Below, piece by piece: positions 6,334-12,636 of a stretch of DNA of 12,636 nt (position 1 is its first letter; every line of letters starts with the position of its first letter). This DNA is from a virus, in IMG/VR virus record IMGVR_UViG_3300045988_158908, one strand, 5' to 3'. The position numbers and the translations under genes were made by a program. The notes below the pieces were generated by a model, which had not been told where the DNA came from, searched no databases, and saw only the letters and a program-made list of their open reading frames with translations.

Positions 6334-7260
6334 ATGTGGACTCCAATTGGTTTTGATAAAATCAATATCATTTCAAATTACTTCCAACCGTCAGGAATCA
6401 AGGCAGACAGTCTATATACTGACACGTTTGACCGTATGCTGTATGAGAGAGTTTGTTCTATTTTAGATATAACATATAATGCAAATTTTGACATTGACTA
6501 TTTTAAGTTTTGTCTGCTTGGTGGGGGATTTATTGCGATCACATATACTGATGCATATGGACTGATCGCTCAGTATCCTTCGATCAGTGGATATGATATG
6601 TATTGCAAGCCAACGACTGCAAGCATTAACACATGTGCCACCAATGCAAACATAAGCTTACAGGATTTAAAGATTGGTACAGATTGTAGTGTGATCTATT
6701 TACGTCCGTCAAGATGCGGAATTTTTGACATTATCGGTTATTATAGTTATAAACTGGCTCTGGTAGCTTCTGCTTTTGACATGAACGTATTCAACAGCAA
6801 GTTAGCTTTTATGATAGCTGCCAAAAACAAATCCGCTGCAAAAACACTGGAAAAAATCTATGACGAAGTGCAAGCAGGTAATCCCGCAGTTGCGTATGAT
6901 GCTTCAATCAAAGAGAATGAGAACGCAAACATGAGGGGGAAAAGTTCAGATCCTTTTGAGTTTTTCAATAAAGATTTGAAAAACAACTTTATTTCAAAAG
7001 AGTTAATTGATGTTTTTGAAAAACTTCTTGACCAGTTTGACACAGAAGTCGGAATTCCGTCTGTCGGTTCTGATAAAAAAGAGCGTTTAAATGTTATGGA
7101 AACTGAAAAAAACGACATAGAATCTGTGACACGACTTACTACATGGCTAGAAACAATGCAGACAGGGGTTGACATGGCAAACAGTCTTTATCCTAGTTTA
7201 AATCTGAACATAAAGATCAGAGACTATAAAAAGGCAGGTGTAACAAATGGGTATGTATAA
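6334..7260 (+). CDS. Head-tail connector / portal (upper collar), phi29 gp10-like
   Basis: 308 aa versus 309 aa for gp10. KKERLNVMETEKNDIESVTRLTTWLETMQTGVDMANSLYPSLNLNIKIR aligns with gp10 [48 protein letters not shown]. AGAGG RBS. Confidence 0.85.
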   Translation: MWTPIGFDKINIISNYFQPSGIKADSLYTDTFDRMLYERVCSILDITYNANFDIDYFKFCLLGGGFIAITYTDAYGLIAQYPSISGYDMYCKPTTASINTCATNANISLQDLKIGTDCSVIYLRPSRCGIFDIIGYYSYKLALVASAFDMNVFNSKLAFMIAAKNKSAAKTLEKIYDEVQAGNPAVAYDASIKENENANMRGKSSDPFEFFNKDLKNNFISKELIDVFEKLLDQFDTEVGIPSVGSDKKERLNVMETEKNDIESVTRLTTWLETMQTGVDMANSLYPSLNLNIKIRDYKKAGVTNGYV

Positions 7261-7933
7261 AATTACAATAGCCGGACTTTATGAATATGATCAAACATTA
7301 TTTGATAACATGACTTTTCCGGCAGAAGCTGACAAACAGAACTTTATTGACAGTTTACTTTTAAGCTATGGGGATTGCGAACCACTCTATCCGGATAGTG
7401 ATTTTATGAAACACTCAGCTATTCCGGCATGGTCGAAAAAATGGCAGGATTCAATTGAACGTGTTTTCCTTGCATTAAAGAAAGAATATAACCCAATCGA
7501 GAACTATGACAGACAGGAGACTTGGACGGATTCGCCTGACATTGAACGAAACACTGTAACAGGTGGTAAAGACAAAAACACATTACAGGCAGGCAGAGGT
7601 TCCGTTACGTCAAACACAGGATCCAACACTATGGAAGAAAAAGTAAGTGCTTTTGATTCAAGTAGTTATCAGCCATCAAAGGAAGATACAACAACTTACG
7701 GAAATAGTACAAAAATGGAAACATCCGGGCAGGATGTAAACGACATTGAATATGGGCGAACTGAAAAAAATACGGAAAAAGGGACTACAACTCACACTGG
7801 ACAGATTCACGGAAACATAGGCGTGACTACTTCACAACAAATGTTAGAATCGGAACTCCAACTGAGAAAGCAATCATTTATAGATTATTGCACAGGATTA
7901 TTTGCAAATGACTTACTGATTCTTGTTTATTAA
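7247..7933 (+). CDS. Putative lower collar / tail adaptor protein (synteny with phi29 gp11)
   Basis: 228 aa, overlapping the connector gene by 14 nt. Its position between connector and appendage genes equals that of phi29 gene 11. No motif I can name with confidence. Confidence 0.45.
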   Translation: MGMYKITIAGLYEYDQTLFDNMTFPAEADKQNFIDSLLLSYGDCEPLYPDSDFMKHSAIPAWSKKWQDSIERVFLALKKEYNPIENYDRQETWTDSPDIERNTVTGGKDKNTLQAGRGSVTSNTGSNTMEEKVSAFDSSSYQPSKEDTTTYGNSTKMETSGQDVNDIEYGRTEKNTEKGTTTHTGQIHGNIGVTTSQQMLESELQLRKQSFIDYCTGLFANDLLILVY

Positions 7934-7947
7934 GAAAGGAGAGAAAA

Positions 7948-9192
7948 ATGATTAATACGTACCCTCACAGCTCCACACAGGACATGAACTTAGACTACCT
8001 CTTAAAAGTGGCAAAGCATGCAGAAGAGGATCACAAAGAATGGTCAGACATAAAAGGGACTGCACAAAAGCAGATTGATGATGCAATTAAAGCGTCACTA
8101 GAATCCGGAGAGATTGGAAAAGTAGTTGATGATGCAACGAAAAAAATCTTGACGGATGAAATTGAACCATTAAAGAACACAGTAACCGAACAAGGCAAAC
8201 TGATTTCTAATCTCGAAAAAAGAGACGGTTTATTTGATTTAAGCGGTAGAACTATCATTATCGGAGACAGCTACACAGTAGGCTATACTCCGGAAGGAAA
8301 TATAACTCCTTGGACAGAACACTTTTTGGATTACTGTTCTATAGACAATGTAACTATTAAAAGCAATGGTGGTGCTTCTTTTTCAACGTCTAATAACTCA
8401 TTTCTTATGCTTTTAAATCAGATTGACGCTGATCCATCTGTAAAGCAGATCTTAGTAGTTGGGGGTTATAATGAGTTCGGTTTTTATTCAGAAATTGAAA
8501 ATGCGATCAACGCTTTCTATGGAGTAGCGCAAACACGTTTTCCAAACGCTAAAATTTTTGTAGCAATGGTTGCATGGTCAGCGGACAGCACACAATGGAA
8601 CAGATTCAAGATTGCAAAAAGTGCGTATAACACACAGCGGAAAAATTGGAACTATCTTAATGGAAGCGAATATATTTTACACGCTGACGGATTCATGGGG
8701 TCGGACGGTTTTCATCCAAACACGACCGGACAGGAACGACTCGCTACATACCTTGCGGAAGCAGTAAAAACCGGGTCTTGTCATCCATCCTTTTATGATG
8801 TGACTGCAAACTTTGAAGCAGGAGACTTTACAGCAACTCCGGGGTCTAGTTGGGTGTTCGTTACAGAGTACAACGAAAATAATAGTAATATCATCTGGAG
8901 TGATTATGTTTGTTTTCCAAACAGCGGTGAACTTGTTTGTAATGGTACAGAATACTATCTAGGTCGCATCTATTCTACCAGTTTTATTGGAGATGGAAAC
9001 GGTTATACATGCTACCCTACTAGTGTGATTGTAAAATCTGGATCCGATTTTTATCACATTCCGGCACAGTTGAATTTCCGAGCGAGACAGATTTATCTTG
9101 CTCTGTATGACATTAGTGATGACAAGCATAACTACAGAACGCTTACAACCGTAACACAGGTACAAATTCACAGAGGATCCATTACAATGTAA
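7948..9192 (+). CDS. Tail appendage / receptor-binding protein with a central SGNH (GDSL) hydrolase domain
   Basis: SGNH blocks are present: I TIIIGDSYTVGY, II SNGGASF, III LVVGGYNEF, V GSDGFHPNTTGQERLA. The N-terminal roughly 90 aa is charged and helical, and the C-terminal roughly 140 aa is a distinct domain. It is the last structural gene, in the phi29 gene 12 position. AAAGGAG RBS. Confidence 0.75.
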   Translation: MINTYPHSSTQDMNLDYLLKVAKHAEEDHKEWSDIKGTAQKQIDDAIKASLESGEIGKVVDDATKKILTDEIEPLKNTVTEQGKLISNLEKRDGLFDLSGRTIIIGDSYTVGYTPEGNITPWTEHFLDYCSIDNVTIKSNGGASFSTSNNSFLMLLNQIDADPSVKQILVVGGYNEFGFYSEIENAINAFYGVAQTRFPNAKIFVAMVAWSADSTQWNRFKIAKSAYNTQRKNWNYLNGSEYILHADGFMGSDGFHPNTTGQERLATYLAEAVKTGSCHPSFYDVTANFEAGDFTATPGSSWVFVTEYNENNSNIIWSDYVCFPNSGELVCNGTEYYLGRIYSTSFIGDGNGYTCYPTSVIVKSGSDFYHIPAQLNFRARQIYLALYDISDDKHNYRTLTTVTQVQIHRGSITM

Positions 9193-9209
9193 TGTTTTCA
9201 CGTGAAACA
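9193..9209. promoter_or_regulatory. Second copy of the TGTTT(T)CACGTGAAACA palindrome, immediately after the appendage gene stop codon
   Basis: TAA (9190-9192) followed by TGTTTTCACGTGAAACA, with one extra T relative to 6300-6315. Confidence 0.5.
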
Positions 9210-9246
9210 AAAAATAAAGGGATGCAAATTTGCATCCCTTTATTTT
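9209..9246. terminator. Bidirectional rho-independent terminator where the two arms converge
   Basis: Perfect palindrome ATAAAGGGATGCAAATTTGCATCCCTTTAT. The stem pairs AAAGGGATGCA (9216-9226) with TGCATCCCTTT (9231-9241). An A-run lies 5' (9209-9214) and a T-run 3' (9243-9246). It sits between the + strand stop (9192) and the polymerase stop (9245-9247). Confidence 0.85.
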
Positions 9247-11371
9247 AACTATATAAAACATCTTTTGTCTCAAACGGCAACGGCAACCCTGTTTCCTTAT
9301 CATACGGAATGGTGTGATCCAATTCATACTCCGTATCGGATAAACGGATTGCACATCCATACTCTATTCTGCATCCATCAACAGTTATATTGTTAATTCC
9401 TTTGCTATAGAGGTATTCCGTTTTAAGTTTCCAACTTGGGTCTTTTTTCCAGTCGTTTGCACGGCGGTAGTTTCTACGATAAGTGAGACTATTTCTATAG
9501 ATGAATCCTTTTTCAAAGTTATTTATATTGTCATCAAGACAGTACACTCCGTCTTTTGGAACTCCTGCAACGGTCTGTTTTAGCTTTCCCTTTTCACGGT
9601 AACAGTAACGCTTGCTACCCATAGTTTTAAATTCGCTATAAATACCGTCAAACTCAGCAATTCCTAGCGTGTGTGATTCTCCATCAAAGAGTACCGTTCC
9701 AAGTCCTCGTTGCTCTGATTTTTTCATGATTTTTTCATTATACTCAACAAGTTTTTTCCTATCCCATTCCGTGCCTTTAACGGAATCGGTGTCAGAATAA
9801 AACCATATTTTGCAACACTTCCCAAGTTCAAATAACTCAGACTGGGCATAGGCTGTAATCCATACTCCCCATTGATAAGGTAAAAAAGAATTTCTACTTT
9901 TGTAATACTTTTGTAACTTTTCATCATATTCAGATTCACATAAAACATCAGTCCATAACCCTGTTTCATAATCTTCTTCAAACATGGATTGGATCATCTT
10001 TTGAACCATCATGCCATAGATTCCATTAAGTTCCCCTTTTGAAATCATATAAAGCACCGGGTCTGCATGTTTCAATGTGTTCTTATGTTCGAAAAGTTCT
10101 ATCACATACTTAATAATCCAATCTGGCAAGTAGTCTTTCTTTGCACGTATGACGTTTGCAACGTCAGCCCATTCAAAGTCATAGGCTTCAAATATGACCT
10201 GCAAATCCGGATCCGTAAACGGATAGATTACAAGATCTGCATTAACGATTTTACCATTATCAAGATTCAACTCCATAGCTTTCTTTTTACTTATCTTATC
10301 TGCATCTGGAAACGTGCAAACTTTTGCTTTGTGAAAAGCAAGAGGTGGCATTGGATGCCCTTTTTTCAAGCGTAGCTTTTTCAAGCGTATATAGCCGGCA
10401 AAAGCATAATGCTCTTTAAGATCCATGATTTCCTGCAACGATAACTTTGTAGAAACAAAGTTTGTCATAGGAAACTTTTCATATACGATTCTAGCCGGAT
10501 AAGAACTTGTAAAATCGTAGCACTCCACCGGTTCCGAAATTAACTGATTGACATAGTAGCGGTTCGCATGAGTATAGCCACCGTGATAGCAGGATGCGAG
10601 CAACTCGTACTGATCTAAACTAAGTCGCATTGACATAAATTTCTTATGCCATTTCTTGTCTTTTCGTGATCTTGATCTTGCTTGGTTACGGATAAAGCCT
10701 GTATTTGTCAATGGGGCAGTAGCAACAGTTACGTTTCTTTGCGATAAATAGAGCCGTAAAGCTTTACACAAGCAGATAGTATCAACACAAACATAAGCTA
10801 ATTCCTTTACAGTACGCCCAGATTCAGGGGTTCTTTTCTTTTTATAGTCCCACGTACCAGTAGCTTTCTCAAGCGTCCCCATGTCCTTACAGAGACGTTC
10901 AAGAGTACGTTGTGTAAGGATAGCACTATCACGGATTTCAATGCCGAAAGATTGCCATTGCATAAATACGTATCTGTGAGTTTTAACAGCTAATTTTCGA
11001 TCCGGAACGCCAAACTTCTCTAATAGATGATTGCGCAGAAACATATAGTCATACGATAGGTTATGTATATAAAATCTCACTGTATGTTCTTTATCAGCAT
11101 GAAGCGTGTCACAAATCCGGTCAATCGTATTGATAAGATCACGTACATGATTACCGTACAAACAGCTATCATTTTCTATAGTTATAGTCCAATCAGTTAT
11201 CCATCCAATGTCTTCATTATCAGACACATAGGTCTCAGTGTCTACAGTTATGATTTTTTCATAAAAAGACTGATAATGTCCTGCATTACTTTTTCGTATG
11301 AAATTACCGTCAAAAAGACGCATGTAATCGTAGTCTTTAAATGATACAATTGGATATCCTGCTATAACCAT
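9245..11371 (-). CDS. Protein-primed family B DNA polymerase
   Basis: Exo I ITVDTETY, Exo II YIHNLSYDYMFL, Exo III YVCVDTICL. Motif A YDFTSSYPA (phi29 DVNSLYPA), motif B KGELNGIYGM (phi29 KLMLNSLYG), motif C FYSDTDSV (phi29 YCDTDS), and KxY as GSKRYCY. 708 aa. Confidence 0.95.
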   Translation of the reverse strand: MVIAGYPIVSFKDYDYMRLFDGNFIRKSNAGHYQSFYEKIITVDTETYVSDNEDIGWITDWTITIENDSCLYGNHVRDLINTIDRICDTLHADKEHTVRFYIHNLSYDYMFLRNHLLEKFGVPDRKLAVKTHRYVFMQWQSFGIEIRDSAILTQRTLERLCKDMGTLEKATGTWDYKKKRTPESGRTVKELAYVCVDTICLCKALRLYLSQRNVTVATAPLTNTGFIRNQARSRSRKDKKWHKKFMSMRLSLDQYELLASCYHGGYTHANRYYVNQLISEPVECYDFTSSYPARIVYEKFPMTNFVSTKLSLQEIMDLKEHYAFAGYIRLKKLRLKKGHPMPPLAFHKAKVCTFPDADKISKKKAMELNLDNGKIVNADLVIYPFTDPDLQVIFEAYDFEWADVANVIRAKKDYLPDWIIKYVIELFEHKNTLKHADPVLYMISKGELNGIYGMMVQKMIQSMFEEDYETGLWTDVLCESEYDEKLQKYYKSRNSFLPYQWGVWITAYAQSELFELGKCCKIWFYSDTDSVKGTEWDRKKLVEYNEKIMKKSEQRGLGTVLFDGESHTLGIAEFDGIYSEFKTMGSKRYCYREKGKLKQTVAGVPKDGVYCLDDNINNFEKGFIYRNSLTYRRNYRRANDWKKDPSWKLKTEYLYSKGINNITVDGCRIEYGCAIRLSDTEYELDHTIPYDKETGLPLPFETKDVLYS

Positions 11372-11382
11372 TTTTTTTTTTT

Positions 11383-12030
11383 TTACCTCTTGTATTTATA
11401 TTTCAGTGCTTCTGCTTCTCCGGAGAAACCTAGCTCTTTTGCTACGTCATCCGCTCTATCTATGTCCGTGCGGTCTCTGAACTCTTCTAATTTGCTAATT
11501 ATTTCATTCATTGTATCACCGTCTCGCAAAGCTTTTCCAACGAACTCTACAGCCTGTTCAGAAGAATATAACAGACTTATAAGTTCAAAAGCATATGACT
11601 GAAAAAATGCACTCATCTCGCTTGTATCTTTGAATTCAAGACCATATTCAGACAACTTCTCACGTCTCTTTTTTATGATGGATTTCCATCCGGGAACCGT
11701 AGAACTTTTTTCTTTTAAGACATTCTGCATCATTTGTACCTGCTTACGCATGGAAGAAATCTGCATATAAAGGACGTTACGATCACTGTAATCCAACTTT
11801 ATTTTTTCTCTTATTCTTTTATTATACCCGAACTTTTTTAGAAATGCATTGTAATCAGCGTAAGCACCACCGGATTCAGAAGTGAATCCTGCTCTCTCTA
11901 AACGAACCATACGCTGATTTAGACGTTTAGCCAAACTTGTATAAAGTCTGGCTAATTCTTTTTCATTAAGTTTATATGGGTTTATATCCTGCCCCTTGGT
12001 TGTGATTCTTTCTGCTCCCTTTAAAGCCAT
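11383..12030 (-). CDS. Putative terminal protein (TP), the primer for DNA replication
   Basis: 215 aa, directly upstream of and coupled to the polymerase gene (phi29 gene 3 / gene 2 arrangement). It has a basic N-terminal region and an acidic C-terminal part. The loose resemblance NEKELARLYTSLAKRLNQRMVRLERAG versus phi29 TP DKAEYARLVKNTKAKIARTKKKYG is suggestive only. AGGAG RBS. Confidence 0.55.
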   Translation of the reverse strand: MALKGAERITTKGQDINPYKLNEKELARLYTSLAKRLNQRMVRLERAGFTSESGGAYADYNAFLKKFGYNKRIREKIKLDYSDRNVLYMQISSMRKQVQMMQNVLKEKSSTVPGWKSIIKKRREKLSEYGLEFKDTSEMSAFFQSYAFELISLLYSSEQAVEFVGKALRDGDTMNEIISKLEEFRDRTDIDRADDVAKELGFSGEAEALKYKYKR

Positions 12031-12032
12031 TG

Positions 12033-12263
12033 CTACTCCTTTCTAAATCTTGGGGCGATCCAATCATCACACTGGTCAAAAGTTCCGTCCGGATAAACTT
12101 CAATACCTTTTACCCATTTAAGAAACATTGTAGGACGTTTATAGCCGGACACTTTGAACTCATTCCAGAGACCGTTGTAATCCATAAACTCGGTGACTGC
12201 ATCTGCTTTTTTCTTTGCGTAGTATTTATAAATTGCGTTAAATTGTGTTTTACTTCTTTTCAT
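12033..12263 (-). CDS. Hypothetical basic early protein (76 aa)
   Basis: AAGGTGA RBS, tightly packed upstream of the TP gene, Lys/Arg-rich N-terminus (MKRSKTQFNAIYKYYAKKKAD). No family recognised. Confidence 0.6.
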   Translation of the reverse strand: MKRSKTQFNAIYKYYAKKKADAVTEFMDYNGLWNEFKVSGYKRPTMFLKWVKGIEVYPDGTFDQCDDWIAPRFRKE

Positions 12264-12289
12264 TGTATGTTCTCACCTTTCCTAATTTT

Positions 12290-12388
12290 TTATACTTCTA
12301 CCAAGAGTTTATTTAATAGTTTCTCAAGATCACGACTTAATTGTTTAAGGTTCATTGTACGTTTACTATAGTACTGGTTCTGCTTCAT
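12290..12388 (-). CDS. Small unannotated ORF (32 aa: MKQNQYYSKRTMNLKQLSRDLEKLLNKLLVEV), first gene of the right arm
   Basis: Hand-translated. ATG at 12388-12386 (minus strand) is preceded by AAGGAG with an 8-nt spacer, about 25 nt downstream of the predicted ITR promoter start site. Stop TAA at 12292-12290. It fills the otherwise empty gap between the promoter and the 76-aa gene, and it falls below the ORF-track length cutoff. Confidence 0.4.
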   Translation of the reverse strand: MKQNQYYSKRTMNLKQLSRDLEKLLNKLLVEV

Positions 12389-12429
12389 CTTTCTATCTCC
12401 TTAATGACTGTATTGATTGTTACAACCTC

Positions 12430-12458
12430 ATAATAGCAGTTTTACATATAAAAGTCAA
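12430..12458 (-). promoter_or_regulatory. Identical promoter inside the right ITR, reading inward on the minus strand
   Basis: Reverse complement of 179-207 (AGTCAA at 12453-12458, ATAATA at 12430-12435). On the minus strand it is followed by AAGGAG and the ATG at 12388. Confidence 0.6.
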
Positions 12459-12498
12459 CGGTTTTTATAACAAAGTATTAAAGTCAGACAGATTGATA

Positions 12499-12584
12499 AA
12501 TTGTCTGAATTGTTTCTAATTTTCACACAATTTGTCTAATTGTCAGAATTGTTTCTAATTTCACACAATTTGTCTAATTGTCTG
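12499..12584. repeat. Mirror copy of the ITR-internal tandem iteron array (right ITR)
   Basis: Reverse complement of 53-138, which follows from the perfect ITR identity. Confidence 0.9.
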
Positions 12585-12636
12585 ACAAGTTGGGGAATTT
12601 GCATGAATTGTCAGAACGAACTGTCATGCCTAGTTT

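Larger units (their letters stand above)
12413..12636. repeat. Right inverted terminal repeat (ITR)
   Basis: Exact reverse complement of 1-224. The window ends ...CCTAGTTT-3'. Confidence 0.95.

Noticed and set aside
4874-6371. Alternative-frame or antisense ORFs within the tail knob gene (4874-5098, 5095-5334, 5453-5650 minus, 5776-5997 minus, 5840-6046, 5918-6133 minus, 6114-6371 minus), and the ORF-track start at 4911
   Set aside because: They have no RBS and overlap a gene with recognisable gp9-like motifs. The ATG at 4911 lies deep inside the lysin gene without an SD, whereas ATG 4953 has a GGGGAG RBS and an ATGA stop-start overlap.
6858-7175. Antisense 105-aa ORF within the connector gene, with similar cases at 8031-8258 (minus) and 8570-8767 (plus) in the appendage gene
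   Set aside because: They are embedded in ORFs with strong homology or motif support, and they have no translation signals.
8959-9396. ORFs 8959-9360 (minus) and 9202-9396 (plus) spanning the convergence region
   Set aside because: They run through the bidirectional terminator and overlap the 3' ends of the appendage and polymerase genes. They have no RBS and appear spurious.
9724-11344. ORFs 9724-9981 (minus, alternative frame), 10067-10375 (plus) and 11063-11344 (plus) within the polymerase gene
   Set aside because: They lie inside the 708-aa PolB ORF, which carries every Exo and Pol motif, and they show low-complexity, hydrophobic shadow-frame composition.
11390-12371. Plus-strand ORFs 11390-11602 and 12030-12371, antisense to the right-arm genes
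   Set aside because: No promoter or RBS exists on the plus strand here. The minus-strand genes have proper RBSs and tight coupling, and the plus-strand products are Ser/Phe/Leu-rich shadow translations.

Overview
The window looks like a complete linear genome (12,636 bp) of a very small phi29-like, protein-primed dsDNA podophage, not a fragment of a chromosome. Bases 1-224 are the exact reverse complement of 12413-12636, giving 224-bp inverted terminal repeats (ITRs). The molecule begins 5'-AAACTAGG, a terminal A-triplet like the phi29 end AAAGTAAG. Each ITR carries an array of GACAATT-type iterons, including a 38/39-bp tandem repeat, plus an inward-facing TTGACT-17-TATTAT promoter, so both arms start from identical promoters. 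The left arm (+ strand) runs: an orphan 152-aa protein, a SpoVG-family protein, a strong terminator, a phi29 gp16-like packaging ATPase, a 139-bp structured intergenic region (candidate pRNA or regulatory RNA), a small scaffold-like protein with an (NQ)13 repeat, the major capsid protein, a 105-aa orphan, a holin-like protein, an NlpC/P60-SH3 endolysin, a gp9-like tail knob, a gp10-like connector, a putative lower collar, and an SGNH-esterase tail appendage. The right arm (- strand) runs: an unannotated 32-aa ORF, a 76-aa basic orphan, a putative terminal protein, and a protein-primed family B DNA polymerase. The two arms converge on a bidirectional terminator at about 9209-9246. Low GC, strong AGGAG ribosome-binding sites (RBS), the SpoVG homolog and the NlpC/P60+SH3 lysin suggest a Firmicutes host. 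All homology calls come from motif recognition by eye, and no database search was possible.
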